Under the pieces are notes generated by a model that saw nothing but the letters and a program-made list of their open reading frames with translations, had not been told where the DNA came from and did no database searches. A DNA stretch of 64,000 nt from Pseudomonas aeruginosa PAO1 (GTDB taxonomy: Bacteria; Pseudomonadota; Gammaproteobacteria; Pseudomonadales; Pseudomonadaceae): assembly GCF_000006765.1 (NCBI RefSeq), contig NC_002516.2. One strand, 5' to 3'. Shown piece by piece: positions 1-9,840 of this stretch (positions are counted from its first letter, which is position 1; every line of letters begins with the position of its first letter). The translations under genes and the position numbers were made by a program.

Positions 1-83
1 GACGGAGCTCCGGACGAAGATACTGGCATTCTAGCTGCGCCCGACATGTCCAGGCACGACGGCGATCACGCTGCGCCCTTTTC

Positions 84-108
84 AAAAATGCAAATCTTTC
101 GCATTATG
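84..108. promoter_or_regulatory. Fur-box-like operator upstream of icmP
   Basis: AAAAATGCAAATCTTTCGCATTATG. About 12/19 match to GATAATGATAATCATTATC on each strand (overlapping boxes). AT-rich imperfect palindrome AATGC..GCATT. Confidence 0.65.
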
Positions 109-192
109 TGGCGGTTTTTTAACGCCCTCGCGGGTGTTTCCGACAAGCGCACGCCGCTTCGGCACGCCACCAATAAAGCAAAGGAATCCGCC

Positions 193-1533
193 ATGACTCG
201 TATGCCCCTGGCCACCGCCAGTCTGCTGGCCCTCGCCATCTCCCTCGCCGGCTGCGGCGACGACAAGAAAGCCGAAGCGCCCGCAACACCGGCGGCCAGC
301 ACGCAGCCCGCCGCGCCCGCCGCCGCCCCGGCCGCCAAGGTCGACGAGGCCGCCGCCAAGGCGGTGATCAAGAATTACGCGGACCTCGCCGAAGCCACCT
401 TCGCCGATGCCCTGAGCACCGCCAAGGACCTGCAGAAAGCCATCGACGCGTTCCTCGCCAAGCCTGACGCGGAGACCCTGAAAGCCGCCAAGGAAGCCTG
501 GTTCGCCGCTCGTACCCCTTACTCCCAGAGCGAAGCCTTCCGCTTCGGCAACGCGATCATCGACGACTGGGAAGGACAGGTTAACGCCTGGCCGCTGGAC
601 GAAGGCCTGATCGACTATGTCGCCAAGGACTACCAGCACGCCCTGGGCAACCCCGGCGCCACCGCCAACATCGTCGCCAACACCGAGATCCAGGTCGGCG
701 AAGACAAGATCGACGTCAAGGAAATCACCGGCGAGAAACTGGCCAGCCTGAACGAGCTGGGCGGTTCCGAAGCCAACGTCGCCACCGGCTACCACGCCAT
801 CGAGTTCCTCCTCTGGGGCCAAGACCTGAACGGCACCGGTCCCGGCGCCGGCAACCGTCCCGCCACCGACTATGCCCAGGGCAAGGACTGCACCGGCGGC
901 CATTGCGACCGTCGTGCCGCCTACCTGAAGGCCGTCACCGACCTGCTGGTCAGCGACCTCGAATACATGGCCGGACAGTGGAAAGCCGGCGTCGCCGACA
1001 ACTACCGCGCCAAGCTGGAGGCCGAACCGGTGGATACCGGCCTGCGCAAGATGTTCTTCGGCATGGGCAGCCTGTCCCTCGGCGAACTGGCCGGCGAGCG
1101 CATGAAGGTCGCGCTGGAGGCCAACTCCACCGAAGACGAGCACGACTGCTTCAGCGACGACACCCACCACACCCTGTTCTTCAACGGCAAGAGCATCCGC
1201 AACATCTACCTCGGCGAGTACAAGCGCATCGACGGCAGCGTGGTCAAGGGCCCGAGCCTGGCCGACCTGGTCGCCAAGGCCGACGCCGCCGCCAACGACA
1301 CCCTGAAGGCCGACCTGGCCGACACCGAGGCCAAGCTGCAGGCCATCGTCGACAGCGCCGAGAAGGATGGCGTGCACTTCGACCAGATGATCGCTCCGGA
1401 CAACAAGGACGGCCAGCAGAAGATCCGCGACGCCATCGCCGCCCTGGTCAAGCAGACCGGCGCCATCGAGCAGGCCGCTGGCAAGCTGGGTATCCAGGAC
1501 CTGAAGCCGGACAACGCCGACCACGAGTTCTGA
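193..1533 (+). CDS. icmP: Imelysin-family outer-membrane lipoprotein (insulin-cleaving metalloproteinase IcmP), 446 aa
   Basis: SD AAGGA at 181-185. Lipobox LAGC, Ala/Pro-rich tether, imelysin GYHAIE (GxHxxE) motif at 787-804. Confidence 0.92.
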   Translation: MTRMPLATASLLALAISLAGCGDDKKAEAPATPAASTQPAAPAAAPAAKVDEAAAKAVIKNYADLAEATFADALSTAKDLQKAIDAFLAKPDAETLKAAKEAWFAARTPYSQSEAFRFGNAIIDDWEGQVNAWPLDEGLIDYVAKDYQHALGNPGATANIVANTEIQVGEDKIDVKEITGEKLASLNELGGSEANVATGYHAIEFLLWGQDLNGTGPGAGNRPATDYAQGKDCTGGHCDRRAAYLKAVTDLLVSDLEYMAGQWKAGVADNYRAKLEAEPVDTGLRKMFFGMGSLSLGELAGERMKVALEANSTEDEHDCFSDDTHHTLFFNGKSIRNIYLGEYKRIDGSVVKGPSLADLVAKADAAANDTLKADLADTEAKLQAIVDSAEKDGVHFDQMIAPDNKDGQQKIRDAIAALVKQTGAIEQAAGKLGIQDLKPDNADHEF

Positions 1534-1549
1534 TTCCTTCCTGTGCCAA

Positions 1550-1576
1550 CAGCGTGCGGCCCATGGCCGCACGCTG
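1550..1576 (+). terminator. Perfect 12-bp hairpin after icmP (terminator or mRNA-stabilising stem)
   Basis: CAGCGTGCGGCC-CAT-GGCCGCACGCTG followed only by CGTTTC (weak U tract). Confidence 0.55.
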
Positions 1577-1617
1577 CGTTTCAGGGCCTCGAAAGCGGTC
1601 TTCGCGGGCCTTTACAA

Positions 1618-1638
1618 ACGCAAATCCCTCTTATTTTG
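1618..1638. promoter_or_regulatory. Second Fur-like AT-rich site upstream of the di-heme gene
   Basis: Minus strand reads AAAATAAGAGGGATTTGCGTT, resembling AATGAGAATCATTTGC-type Fur sites. Confidence 0.4.
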
Positions 1639-1695
1639 ATTAGCCCCAACTGGTAAGCTTGCGGGCTGTTTCCACGCAGTCCGGGATGTTCGCCG

Positions 1696-3117
1696 ATGTC
1701 GTTGCCGTCACCTTCCATGCCGCTCGCCTGTCTCCTGACGGCGCTCCTTCTGGGCGGATGCGGCGCCGACGACGAACCGCTGCGCGCCGAGCCCGGCGAA
1801 CACCTGTCCGGGGGCGCGACCACGGTGCTGCAAAGCGACCGCAACGCCTTCTCCCTGCCCTCCGCCAACCTCGCCCCGAGCCGGCGCCTGGACTTCAGCG
1901 TGGGCAACAGTTTCTTCCGCAACCCCTGGGTCATCGCCCCTTCCTCCACCACCGCGCGCGACGGTCTGGGACCGCTGTTCAATACCAACGCCTGCCAGAA
2001 CTGCCATGTGAAGGACGGCCGCGGCCACCCGCCGGGAGCGGACGCGGTCAGCGCGGTGTCGATGCTGGTACGCCTGTCGATCCCGGCCGGCCCTGCGGAC
2101 GGCAAGACCCTGTTGCACCAGGGGGTGATTCCCGAGCCGACCTACGGCGGCCAGTTGCAGGACGTCGGCATTCCCGGCGTCGCCCCGGAAGGCAAGGTGC
2201 GGGTGGACTACGAGCCGCTGAAGGTGAGGTTCGAGGACGGCACCGAGGTCGAACTGCGCAAGCCGATCCTGCGTATCAGCCAGCTCGGCTATGGGCCGAT
2301 GCATCCGCAGACGATGTTTTCCGCCCGCGTCGCCCCGCCGATGATCGGGCTCGGCCTGCTCGAGGCGATTCCCGAAGAGGCGATCCTGGCCAATGCCGAT
2401 CCGGACGACCGAAACGGCGACGGTATCCGCGGGCGCGCCAACCAGGTCTGGGATGCCGCGCGGCAGCGCACCGCGCTCGGCCGCTTCGGCTGGAAGGCCG
2501 GCCAGCCGAATATCCCGCAGCAGAACGCGCACGCCTTCGCCAACGACATGGGCCTGACCAGCAGCCTGCTGCCCCACGACGACTGCAGCGCCGCCCAGGT
2601 CGAGTGCCGCCGGGCGCCCGACGGCGGCGAGCCGGAAGTCAGCGACAACATCTTCGCCCAGGTGCTGTTCTACAGCCGCAACCTGGCGGTCCCGGCGCGG
2701 CGCAAGGTGGACGACCCGCAGGTGCTGGCCGGCAAGCGCCTGTTCGCCCAGGCCAACTGCGTGGCCTGCCACGTTCCCGCCTTCACTACCGGTTCCGACG
2801 CCAGCGAGCCGGAGCTGGCCAACCAGCGGATTCGTCCCTATTCCGACCTGTTGCTGCATGACATGGGCGACGGCTTGGCGGACAATCGCCCGGAATTTCT
2901 CGCCAGCGGGCGGGACTGGCGAACCCCGCCGCTATGGGGCATCGGCCTGACCGAAACGGTCAACGGCCACACCCAGTTCCTCCACGACGGGCGCGCCCGC
3001 AATCTGCTGGAGGCGATCCTCTGGCACGGCGGCGAAGCCGAAGCGGCCAAGCGGCACGTGCTCGGCTTCGACGCCGACCAGCGCAGCGCCCTGCTGGCCT
3101 TCCTGAATTCACTCTGA
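1696..3117 (+). CDS. Di-heme oxidoreductase (DHOR-like) c-type cytochrome lipoprotein
   Basis: Lipobox LGGC. Two CxxCH motifs: CQNCH (1993-2007) and CVACH (2758-2772). Also LLHDMG, WRTPPLWG and LHDGRA motifs. Alternative start at 1717. Confidence 0.88.
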   Translation: MSLPSPSMPLACLLTALLLGGCGADDEPLRAEPGEHLSGGATTVLQSDRNAFSLPSANLAPSRRLDFSVGNSFFRNPWVIAPSSTTARDGLGPLFNTNACQNCHVKDGRGHPPGADAVSAVSMLVRLSIPAGPADGKTLLHQGVIPEPTYGGQLQDVGIPGVAPEGKVRVDYEPLKVRFEDGTEVELRKPILRISQLGYGPMHPQTMFSARVAPPMIGLGLLEAIPEEAILANADPDDRNGDGIRGRANQVWDAARQRTALGRFGWKAGQPNIPQQNAHAFANDMGLTSSLLPHDDCSAAQVECRRAPDGGEPEVSDNIFAQVLFYSRNLAVPARRKVDDPQVLAGKRLFAQANCVACHVPAFTTGSDASEPELANQRIRPYSDLLLHDMGDGLADNRPEFLASGRDWRTPPLWGIGLTETVNGHTQFLHDGRARNLLEAILWHGGEAEAAKRHVLGFDADQRSALLAFLNSL

Positions 3118-3126
3118 GGAGCCCAC

Positions 3127-4191
3127 ATGTTCCGCCCACGACTGCTCTTGACCAGCCTCGCCATCGCCCTCGGCGCCTGCTCGCCGCAAGACCCGCAGGC
3201 CGTCACCAGTGCCGCCCTGGCGCAACAGGTGATCCTGCCGACCTACAGCCGCTGGGTGGAGGCCGACCAGGCCCTGGCCAGCAGCGCCCTGGCCTACTGC
3301 CAGGGCAAGGAAGACCTGGCCAAGGCCCGCGACGCGTTCCACGCCGCGCAGAAGGCCTGGGCCGAGCTGCAACCGCTGCTGATCGGCCCGCTGGCCGAGG
3401 GCAACCGCGCCTGGCAGGTGCAGTTCTGGCCGGACAAGAAGGACCTGGTCGGGCGCCAGGTCGAACAGTTGCTGAAGAACAACCCGCAGGTCGACGCCGC
3501 GGCCCTGGCCAAGGCCAGCGTGGTGGTGCAGGGGCTCTCCGCCTACGAATACATCCTCTTCGACAGCAAGATCGACCTCGCCGACGCCGCCACCAAGGCC
3601 CGCTATTGCCCGTTGCTGGAAGCCATCGGCACCCACCAGCAGCAACTGGCCCAGGACATCCTGGCGCGCTGGAAGAACGACGGCGGCATGCTCACCCAGA
3701 TGAGCAAGTTCCCCAACGACCGCTACGCCGACGCCCACGAGGCGATCGCCGAGCTGCTGCGGGTCCAGGTCACCGCCCTGGACATGCTGAAGAAGAAACT
3801 CGGTACTCCGCTGGGCCGGCAGAGCAAGGGCATTCCCCAGCCCTACCAGGCCGAGGCCTGGCGCAGCAACGCCTCGCTGGCCAGCCTGGACGCCAGCCTG
3901 AGCGGCGCCCAGGCGCTCTGGGAAGGTATCGACGGCAAGGGCCTGAAGACCCTGCTGCCGGCCGAACAGAAGGACCTGGCCGGCAAGATCGACGCCGCCT
4001 ACGCCGACAGCCACGCGAAGCTGGCGGCGCTGGAACAGAAACCGCTCTCCGAACTGCTCGCCAGCGAAGACGGGCGCAACCAGCTCAACGCCCTCTATGA
4101 CAGCCTGAACGTGGTCCACCGCCTGCACGAAGGCGATCTGGCCCGCGCCCTCGGCGTGCAACTGGGCTTCAACGCCAACGATGGCGACTGA
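3127..4191 (+). CDS. Imelysin-family lipoprotein, second paralogue, 354 aa
   Basis: Lipobox LGAC, FWPD motif, GLSAYE variant of the imelysin motif, C-terminal GFNANDGD. SD GAGGA. Confidence 0.85.
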   Translation: MFRPRLLLTSLAIALGACSPQDPQAVTSAALAQQVILPTYSRWVEADQALASSALAYCQGKEDLAKARDAFHAAQKAWAELQPLLIGPLAEGNRAWQVQFWPDKKDLVGRQVEQLLKNNPQVDAAALAKASVVVQGLSAYEYILFDSKIDLADAATKARYCPLLEAIGTHQQQLAQDILARWKNDGGMLTQMSKFPNDRYADAHEAIAELLRVQVTALDMLKKKLGTPLGRQSKGIPQPYQAEAWRSNASLASLDASLSGAQALWEGIDGKGLKTLLPAEQKDLAGKIDAAYADSHAKLAALEQKPLSELLASEDGRNQLNALYDSLNVVHRLHEGDLARALGVQLGFNANDGD

Positions 4192-4201
4192 GGTCGGCAC
4201 C

Positions 4202-5296
4202 ATGCTGCGACGTCATGTGATCGGCCTGGGCAGCCTGCTGCTCGGCGCCTTGTCCTTCGGCGGCTGGAGCTTCAGCCGCCTGGGTAGCCAACCGCTGGTG
4301 CTATCGGCGCGCGACGACGCCGATGGCCAGCATTACGCGGTGGGCTACCGCCTGGACGGCAAGTGCCAGTTCGCCACCCGCGTGGCCCAGCGCTGCCACG
4401 ACATCGTCCAGCACCCGAGCCTGCCGCTGGCGCTGTTCGTCGCCCGCCGGCCAGGCACCGAAAGCTACCTGATCGACCTGAACGACGGTCGCCTGCTGCA
4501 GACCCTGGTCTCGCAGAAAGACCGCCACTTCTACGGCCACGGCGTGTTCCACCAGAGCGGCGAGTGGCTCTACGCCACCGAGAACGACACTACCGATCCC
4601 GGTCGCGGCGTGCTCGGCGTCTACCGTTTCGACGGCGAGCGACTGCAGCACAGCGGCGAGATCTCCACCCACGGCCTCGGGCCGCACCAGGTTTCCTGGA
4701 TGCCCGACGGCGAGACACTGGTAGTGGCCAACGGCGGCATTCGCACCGAGGCGGAAAGCCGGGTCGAGATGAACCTCGACGCCATGGAGCCCAGCCTGGT
4801 GCTGATGCGCCGCGACGGCAACCTGCTGTCCAAGGAAACCCTGGCGCAGCAGATGAACAGCGTCCGCCACCTGGCGATCGGTCGCGACGGCACCATCGTC
4901 GCCGGCCAGCAGTTCATGGGCGATGCCCACGAACATGCCGACCTGCTGGCGATCAAGCGCCCCGGCCGTCCCTTCGAAGCCTTCCCTGTGGCCGAGGAGC
5001 AGCGCCTGGCGATGGCCCAGTACACCGCCAGCGTGGCGATCCACGACGACCTGCGCCTGGTGGCCCTGACCGCCCCGCGCGGCAACCGTTTCTTCATCTG
5101 GGACCTGGACAGCGGTGCCGTACGCCTCGACGCGCCGTTGCCGGACTGCGCCGGCGTGGGCGCGGTGAAGAACGGCTTCGTCGTCACGTCCGGACAGGGC
5201 CGTTGCCGCTTCTACGACTGCCAGGGCGAGCGCATCGCCGCGCAACCGCTGGAGCTGCCTTCCGGCCTCTGGGACAACCACCTGCACCTGGCCTGA
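4202..5296 (+). CDS. DUF1513-like beta-propeller protein, probably Tat-exported
   Basis: SD GAGGT at 4190. MLRRHVIG twin-Arg signal. FYGHG, GPHQV and ANGGI.T motifs, C-terminal WDNH. Confidence 0.82.
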   Translation: MLRRHVIGLGSLLLGALSFGGWSFSRLGSQPLVLSARDDADGQHYAVGYRLDGKCQFATRVAQRCHDIVQHPSLPLALFVARRPGTESYLIDLNDGRLLQTLVSQKDRHFYGHGVFHQSGEWLYATENDTTDPGRGVLGVYRFDGERLQHSGEISTHGLGPHQVSWMPDGETLVVANGGIRTEAESRVEMNLDAMEPSLVLMRRDGNLLSKETLAQQMNSVRHLAIGRDGTIVAGQQFMGDAHEHADLLAIKRPGRPFEAFPVAEEQRLAMAQYTASVAIHDDLRLVALTAPRGNRFFIWDLDSGAVRLDAPLPDCAGVGAVKNGFVVTSGQGRCRFYDCQGERIAAQPLELPSGLWDNHLHLA

Positions 5297-5384
5297 GAGC
5301 ACGGCATCAACCTCTCGCCATACCGGTCCGCGAAAGTCGGAAGCGACCTGCAACACGCTTGAAATCTTTCGCCAATCCTGTGCT

Positions 5385-5414
5385 TTGACAAGCCCTGAAA
5401 GCTGCACGTAATGT
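5385..5414 (+). promoter_or_regulatory. Candidate sigma70 promoter for mexVW
   Basis: TTGACA (5385-5390)-N18-TAATGT (5409-5414). Confidence 0.5.
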
Positions 5415-5465
5415 GTCGGATTCGCCCCGAAACGGGGCGCTCTCGGCATACCAGGGACCAGGATT

Positions 5466-6596
5466 ATGTTGCTCCGCCGCATGTTGATCATGCTCGCCGC
5501 GGTGATCGCCGTGGTGGCGATTCTCGCCGGCTACAAGGTCTACTCCATCCGTCAGCAGATCGCCCTTTTCAGCGCACCGAAACCGCCGATCAGCGTGACC
5601 GCCAGCCTGGCCGAAAAGCGTCCCTGGCAGAGCCGCCTGCCAGCCATCGGCAGCCTCAAGGCATTCCAGGGCGTGACCCTCACCGCCGAAGTCTCCGGCA
5701 CGGTACGCGACGTACTGTTCCTTTCCGGCGACCAGGTGAAGCTGGACCAACCGCTGATCCAGTTGGAAAGCGACGTCGAGGAAGCCACCCTGCGCACTGC
5801 CGAGGCCGATCTCGGCCTGGCCAGGGCCGAGTACCAGCGCGGCCGCGAACTGATCGGCAGCAAGGCCATCTCGAAAAGCGAATTCGATCGTCTCGCCGCG
5901 CAGTGGGCCAAGACCAGCGCCACCGTCGCCGAGCTGAAGGCGGCGCTGGCGAAGAAGCGCGTGCTCGCGCCCTTCGCCGGGACCATCGGCATCCGCCAGG
6001 TGGACGTCGGCGACTACGTCTCGCCCGGGACGCCGATCGCCACCTTGCAGGACCTTTCCACCCTGCTCCTGGATTTCCACCTGCCCGAGCAGGACTTCCC
6101 CCTGCTCAGCCGCGGCCAACTGGTGAAGGTCCGGGTCGCCGCCTACCCCGCCCAGGTGTTCGACGCCGAGATCGCCGCCATCAACCCCAAGGTCGACAAC
6201 GAGACCCGCAACCTGCAGGTCCGCGCTGCCCTGGAGAACCCGGACGGCAAGCTGCTGCCGGGCATGTTCGCCAACCTCGAGGTGATGTTGCCTGGCGAGG
6301 AACAACGCGTCGTGGTCCCGGAGACGGCGATCACCTTCACCCTCTACGGCGACTCGATCTACGTCGTCGGGCAGAAGAAGGACGAGCAGGGCCAGGTGTC
6401 GAAGGATGACAAGGGCCAGCCGCAACAGGTCGTCGAGCGCCGCTTCGTCAGGATCGGCGAACGCCGCGAAGGCCTGGCGGTGGTGCTCGAAGGCCTTGAG
6501 GGCGGCGAGCAGGTAGTGACTTCCGGGCAACTGAAGCTCGACAACGGCGCCGCGGTGGCCATCGTCGCCGAGCGGGACCTCCAGCAAGAGCACTGA
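5466..6596 (+). CDS. mexV: RND efflux membrane fusion protein
   Basis: N-terminal membrane anchor, lipoyl/hairpin MFP architecture (APFAGTIG, LLPGMF), directly upstream of an RND transporter. Confidence 0.92.
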   Translation: MLLRRMLIMLAAVIAVVAILAGYKVYSIRQQIALFSAPKPPISVTASLAEKRPWQSRLPAIGSLKAFQGVTLTAEVSGTVRDVLFLSGDQVKLDQPLIQLESDVEEATLRTAEADLGLARAEYQRGRELIGSKAISKSEFDRLAAQWAKTSATVAELKAALAKKRVLAPFAGTIGIRQVDVGDYVSPGTPIATLQDLSTLLLDFHLPEQDFPLLSRGQLVKVRVAAYPAQVFDAEIAAINPKVDNETRNLQVRAALENPDGKLLPGMFANLEVMLPGEEQRVVVPETAITFTLYGDSIYVVGQKKDEQGQVSKDDKGQPQQVVERRFVRIGERREGLAVVLEGLEGGEQVVTSGQLKLDNGAAVAIVAERDLQQEH

Positions 6597-6646
6597 GTCG
6601 CGCGCCTTCCCGCTCCGTGGCGGAAGGCTTGCCAAGGGACTGAAAC

Positions 6647-9600
6647 ATGGCTTTTACCGATCCGTTCATCCGTCGTCCGGTCCTGGCGAGCGTGGTCAGC
6701 CTGCTGATCGTCCTGCTCGGCATGCAGGCCTTCAGCAAGCTGGTGATCCGCGAGTATCCGCAAATGGAGAACGCGCTGATCACGGTGACCACGCTCTACG
6801 CCGGCGCCAACGCGGAAACCATCCAGGGCTACATCACCCAGCCGCTGCAGCAGAGCCTGGCCAGCGCCGAAGGCATCGACTACATGACCTCGGTGAGCCG
6901 GCAGAACTATTCGACCATCTCCATCTACGCGCGGATCGGCGCCAATACCGATCGCCTGGTCACCGAGCTGCTGGCCAAGTCCAACGAAGTGAAGAGCCAG
7001 CTGCCGCCGGACGCCGAGGACCCGGTGCTGCAGAAGGAGGCCGCGGACGCCTCGGCGCTGATGTACATCAGCTTCTACAGCGAGCAGATGAACAACCCGC
7101 AGATCACCGACTACCTGTCGCGGGTGATCCAGCCCAAGCTGGCGACCCTGCCCGGTATCGCCGAGGCGGAGATCCTCGGCAACCAGGTGTTCGCCATGCG
7201 CCTGTGGCTGGACCCGGTGAAGATGGCCGCGTTCGGCGTCACCGCCGGCGAGATCAACCAGGCGGTGCAGCAGTACAACTTCCTCGCCGCCGCCGGCGAG
7301 GTGAAGGGCCAGTTGGTGGTCACCAGCGTCAATGCTTCCACCGACCTCAAGTCGCCCCAGGCCTTCGCCGCCATCCCGGTGAAGACCGACGGCGACCGCC
7401 GGGTGCTGATGGGTGATGTCGCACGGGTCGAACTGGGCGCCGCCAGCTACGACGCGATCAGTTCGTTCAATGGGATTCCCTCGGTCTACATCGGCATCAA
7501 GGGCACGCCCAGCGCCAACCCGCTGGACGTGATCAAGGAAGTGCGGGCGAAGATGCCCGAACTGGAAGAGCAATTGCCGCCCAACCTCAAGGTGTCCATC
7601 GCCTACGACGCCACGCGCTTCATTCAGGCCTCCATCGATGAAGTGGTGAAGACCCTCGGCGAGGCGGTGCTGATCGTCATCGTGGTGGTGTTCCTGTTCC
7701 TCGGCGCGTTCCGTTCGGTACTGATCCCGGTGGTGACCATTCCGCTGTCGATGATCGGCGTATTGTTCTTCATGCAGGCCATGGGCTACTCGATCAACCT
7801 GCTGACCCTGCTGGCGATGGTCCTGGCCATCGGCCTGGTGGTGGACGACGCGATCGTGGTGGTGGAAAACATCCACCGCCACATCGAGGAGGGCAAGCCG
7901 CCCTTCGAGGCTGCCCTGGAGGGCGCGCGGGAGATCGCCGTACCGGTGGTCAGCATGACCATCACCCTCGCCGCGGTCTACGCGCCGATCGGCTTCCTCA
8001 CCGGCCTCACCGGCGCCCTGTTCAAGGAGTTCGCCTTCACCCTGGCCGGCGCGGTGATCATTTCCGGGATCGTCGCCCTGACCCTGTCGCCGATGATGTG
8101 CTCGCGCCTGTTGCGCCACGAGGAGAATCCCTCGGGCCTGGCGCATCGCCTCGACCTGATCTTCGAGGGCCTGAAGCAACGCTACCAGCGCGCCCTCCAC
8201 GGCACCCTGGACACCCGTCCGGTGGTCCTGGTGTTCGCCGTGCTGGTACTGGCGCTGATCCCGGTACTGCTGATGTTCACCAAGAAGGAGCTGGCGCCGG
8301 AAGAGGACCAGGGCATCGTGTTCCTCATGACCAACTCGCCGCAAACCGCCAACCTCGACTACCTGAATCGCTACACCGCCGAGTTCGAAGGCATCTTCCG
8401 CAGCTTCCCGGAGTATTACTCGGCGTTCCAGATCAACGGCTACAACGGCGTCCAGGCCGGCATCGGCGGCATGCTGCTCAAGCCCTGGGACGAACGCGAA
8501 AAGAGCCAGATGGAATTGCTCCATGCGGTGCAGGCGAAGCTCAACGAGATTCCCGGCGTGCAGATCTTCGCCTTCAACCTGCCGTCGCTACCGGGCACCG
8601 GCGAGGGCCTGCCATTCCAGTTCGTGCTCAACACCGCCAACGACTACGAGTCGCTGCTGCAAGTGGCGCAACGGGTGAAGCAGCGCGCCAGCGAGTCCGG
8701 CAAGTTCGCCTTCCTCGATCTCGACCTGGCGTTCGACAAACCCGAGCTGGTGGTCGACATCGACCGCGAGAAGGCCGCGCAGATGGGCGTCTCCATGCAG
8801 GACCTGGGGGTGGCGCTGGCCAGCCTGCTCGGCGAGGGCGAGATCAACCGCTTCACCATCGACGGGCGCAGCTACAAGGTCATCGCCCAGGTCGAACGCC
8901 CCTATCGCGACAATCCCGGCTGGCTCGGCAGCTACTACGTGAAGAGCCGCAACGGCCAACTGGTCGCCCTCTCGACCCTGATCGAGACCCACGAACGGGC
9001 ACGGCCACGGCAACTGAACCAGTTCCAGCAGCTCAACTCGGCGATCATCTCCGGCTTCCCCATCGTCAGCATGGGCGAGGCCATCGAGACGGTTCAGCAG
9101 ATCGCCCGCGAGGAAGCCCCGCGTGGCTTCGCCGTCGACTACGCCGGCGCTTCCCGGCAATACGTGCAGGAAGGCAGCGCATTGCTGGTCACCTTCGGAC
9201 TGGCCCTGGCGATCATCTTCCTGGTCCTCGCCGCACAGTTCGAAAGCTTCCGCGATCCGCTGGTGATCATGGTCACCGTGCCGCTGTCGATCTGCGGTGC
9301 GCTGATACCGCTGTTCCTCGGCGTGTCGAGCCTGAACATCTATACCCAGGTCGGCCTGGTGACCCTGATCGGCCTGATCAGCAAACACGGCATCCTGATC
9401 GTCGAGTTCGCCAACCAGTTGCGCCACGAACAGGGGCTGGGGCGTCGCGAGGCCATCGAGCAGGCCGCCGCGATCCGCCTGCGGCCAGTACTGATGACCA
9501 CCGCGGCGATGGTGCTCGGGGTGATCCCGCTGATCCTCGCCACCGGCGCCGGGGCGGTCAGTCGCTTCGACATCGGCATCGTGATCGCGACCGGCATGTC

Positions 9601-9703
9601 GGTGGGCACCCTCTTCACCCTGTTCGTCCTGCCGTGCATCTACACCCTGGTGGCCAGGCCGGATGCCCCGCCAGGCGTGACGCAAGCGGCAAACGCACAC
9701 TGA
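6647..9703 (+). CDS. mexW: RND efflux inner-membrane transporter, 1018 aa
   Basis: [12 protein letters not shown] start, [13 protein letters not shown] proton-relay motif, [21 protein letters not shown]. Confidence 0.93.
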   Translation: MAFTDPFIRRPVLASVVSLLIVLLGMQAFSKLVIREYPQMENALITVTTLYAGANAETIQGYITQPLQQSLASAEGIDYMTSVSRQNYSTISIYARIGANTDRLVTELLAKSNEVKSQLPPDAEDPVLQKEAADASALMYISFYSEQMNNPQITDYLSRVIQPKLATLPGIAEAEILGNQVFAMRLWLDPVKMAAFGVTAGEINQAVQQYNFLAAAGEVKGQLVVTSVNASTDLKSPQAFAAIPVKTDGDRRVLMGDVARVELGAASYDAISSFNGIPSVYIGIKGTPSANPLDVIKEVRAKMPELEEQLPPNLKVSIAYDATRFIQASIDEVVKTLGEAVLIVIVVVFLFLGAFRSVLIPVVTIPLSMIGVLFFMQAMGYSINLLTLLAMVLAIGLVVDDAIVVVENIHRHIEEGKPPFEAALEGAREIAVPVVSMTITLAAVYAPIGFLTGLTGALFKEFAFTLAGAVIISGIVALTLSPMMCSRLLRHEENPSGLAHRLDLIFEGLKQRYQRALHGTLDTRPVVLVFAVLVLALIPVLLMFTKKELAPEEDQGIVFLMTNSPQTANLDYLNRYTAEFEGIFRSFPEYYSAFQINGYNGVQAGIGGMLLKPWDEREKSQMELLHAVQAKLNEIPGVQIFAFNLPSLPGTGEGLPFQFVLNTANDYESLLQVAQRVKQRASESGKFAFLDLDLAFDKPELVVDIDREKAAQMGVSMQDLGVALASLLGEGEINRFTIDGRSYKVIAQVERPYRDNPGWLGSYYVKSRNGQLVALSTLIETHERARPRQLNQFQQLNSAIISGFPIVSMGEAIETVQQIAREEAPRGFAVDYAGASRQYVQEGSALLVTFGLALAIIFLVLAAQFESFRDPLVIMVTVPLSICGALIPLFLGVSSLNIYTQVGLVTLIGLISKHGILIVEFANQLRHEQGLGRREAIEQAAAIRLRPVLMTTAAMVLGVIPLILATGAGAVSRFDIGIVIATGMSVGTLFTLFVLPCIYTLVARPDAPPGVTQAANAH

Positions 9704-9840
9704 TCGGAAACGGCGGACAGCGACAACAGCGCTGTCCGCCGGCGCTGTCGCCCCATCCCACAGCCCTCCGGGCGCGATCCTATGTCCGCCGGCAGCCGCC
9801 TCCAGTAGACTGCCCGCTGAAACGCAGTGGTGAGACGAGC

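Noticed and set aside
250-345. GCC-rich quasi-repeats at the icmP 5' end
   Set aside because: Explained by the Ala/Pro lipoprotein tether, not a DNA repeat element.
5358-5385. CTTGAAA upstream of mexV as a sigma32 -35
   Set aside because: No CCCCAT-like -10 at 13-14 nt spacing.
8098-9840. Apparent 979-aa ORF fusing an alternate mexW frame to pncB2
   Set aside because: The upstream part is a stop-free alternate frame. The recognisable PncB sequence starts at 9841.
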